DNA of 47,104 bases from Candidatus Omnitrophota bacterium (GTDB lineage Bacteria; Omnitrophota; Gorgyraeia; JABMRG01): NCBI GenBank assembly GCA_043823785.1, contig JBDRAM010000026.1, positions 1 through 47,104 of the forward strand, written 5' to 3'. Below the pieces are notes generated by a model. It ran no database searches and was not told the DNA's origin. It worked only from the letters and a program-made list of their open reading frames with translations. This document shows, in pieces, positions 45,897 to 47,104 of the stretch (its first letter is position 1; each line of letters opens with the position of its first letter). The position numbers and the translations under genes were made by a program.

Positions 45897-47104
45897 TTAA
45901 TATGCATGCTCACTTGTAAACAATATCTGAAATATAGAGATCAATATAATCTTAATATCAAACATGACCGACCAGTTTTCGACATAATATATATCGTACT
46001 TTGTCCTCTCTTCTATCGATGTATCTCCCCTTAAGCCATTTACCTGCGCCCAGCCTGTCATGCCGGATCTTATCTTATGCCTCGACATATACCTTGGTAT
46101 ATTCTCTTTAAACTTACCCACGAATTTAGGCCTTTCAGGCCGCGGGCCTACCAGGCTCATCTCCCCCTTAAATACATTTATAAGCTGAGGCAGTTCATCA
46201 AGGTTATGTTTTCTTAAAAGGCCGCCTATCTTTATCCTTCGGGGGTCATCCTTCTTTGCCCAGACCATGCCAACTCCCTTTTCAGCCTTCTCTTTCATGG
46301 TCCTGAATTTAAAAATCGTAAAACGCTTTCCGTCTTCGCCTATTCTTTTCTGCACATAGAATACAGGGCCCTGTGAGGTCAGTTTTATTGCTATCGCTAT
46401 TATAAGAAACAATGGCGAAAGGACTAAAAGCCCAAAAGATGAACCAAAAAGATCTACCCCTCTCTTTAAAATTCTGCTATATGTAAACGCGAGAGGGCTT
46501 TCCTTAAGGCCCAAAAGAGGTACGCCGTCTATATTCTCCATATCCACCTGTGAAGTGATCATACCTAGAAGATCGGCTATAAGCCTGAATTTTACCAATC
46601 TCTTCTCGCACTCAAATATTATGGACATGGTCACATCCCGCGGAAGTGAGGGAACTGTCAAAATGACCTCATCAATGCTCTTACGCGAAAGAATATCAGA
46701 GAGTTCACTGAGCTCACCCAGGATAGGAATACCGCTTAGCTTATCCTGTTTATCATCACCGGGCATAGATACTACGCCCACTATCTTATAATTCCAGTGC
46801 GGGTCATTTTTTATATGGCTTATTATGCGTAAAGCGGCCGGCCCCACGCCGAGTAAAAGCAGATTTGAATAATCTCTTTTCGTGGCCCTTAACGCGAGCC
46901 TTGCCCTATTTATAATAAACCTTCCGAGAGATATAAAGAAGACTAAGCTCAACCAGCAGATAGAAAGCATGACCCTCGAATATGTAAATTCTCTGTAAAT
47001 AAACGTGGCAGCCATGAGGGTAATCATGCCCATAGACGCGGATTTTACTATCATAAAAAATTCATCTAGCACGGAAAGCCTTCTTTTCTCAGTATATAGA
47101 TCGA
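45897..47104 (-). CDS. undecaprenyl-phosphate glucose phosphotransferase (WcaJ-like), 5' end outside the window
   Basis: KRGVD, KFRTM, LDELPQL, MSLVGPRPE, GMTGWAQVNG; frame stays open to the window edge. Confidence 0.93.
   Translation of the reverse strand, partial: DLYTEKRRLSVLDEFFMIVKSASMGMITLMAATFIYREFTYSRVMLSICWLSLVFFISLGRFIINRARLALRATKRDYSNLLLLGVGPAALRIISHIKNDPHWNYKIVGVVSMPGDDKQDKLSGIPILGELSELSDILSRKSIDEVILTVPSLPRDVTMSIIFECEKRLVKFRLIADLLGMITSQVDMENIDGVPLLGLKESPLAFTYSRILKRGVDLFGSSFGLLVLSPLFLIIAIAIKLTSQGPVFYVQKRIGEDGKRFTIFKFRTMKEKAEKGVGMVWAKKDDPRRIKIGGLLRKHNLDELPQLINVFKGEMSLVGPRPERPKFVGKFKENIPRYMSRHKIRSGMTGWAQVNGLRGDTSIEERTKYDIYYVENWSVMFDIKIILISIFQILFTSEHAY

Noticed and set aside
1636-46791. 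All plus-strand ORFs in the track (e.g. 4892-5635, 20167-20745, 44920-45564)
   Set aside because: They are antisense shadows of well-supported minus-strand genes and have no recognisable motifs
1-47104. All genes co-oriented on one strand
   Set aside because: Common for leading-strand operon runs; not distinctive by itself

Overview
A 47-kb, AT-rich bacterial chromosomal segment in which every credible gene is on the minus strand. Gene content and the style of one large protein suggest Candidatus Omnitrophota or a relative (inference only). In transcription order (right to left) it holds: LPS/envelope genes (wcaJ-like, O-antigen ligase, 2x GT9, GT2, gmhB), a stand-alone homocysteine S-methyltransferase domain, a UgtP/MGDG-synthase-like GT, udg, priA and fmt; an alpha-glucan/glycogen locus (four GH57 enzymes, DUF4912, GT4, an XRE-HTH::CBM48 fusion, two GalT-like genes); gap-pgk-tpiA-secG; an Opp/Dpp ABC transporter; argA-like-leuC-leuD-leuB-asd-truA; an NSS transporter with an unannotated small subunit; a 1080-aa HTH-containing protein with an export-like N-terminus; and an IS66-like remnant. 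The most striking unexplained structure is a family of about 15 short tandem-repeat arrays (7-, 9- and ~6-bp units) at gene junctions, most arranged as inverted arm pairs. Two pairs enclose a four-helix-bundle (23S-IVP/Avd-like) gene. Other sites carry near-identical arms but no gene, and one keeps what looks like a stub of the gene's 3' end. This looks like a mobile or excisable cassette system embedded in housekeeping operons. Other highlights are an HTH-CBM48 regulator with a nested internal start and candidate operators, a GalT paralog lacking the catalytic His, and a GTAG-type REP copy inside a CDS.
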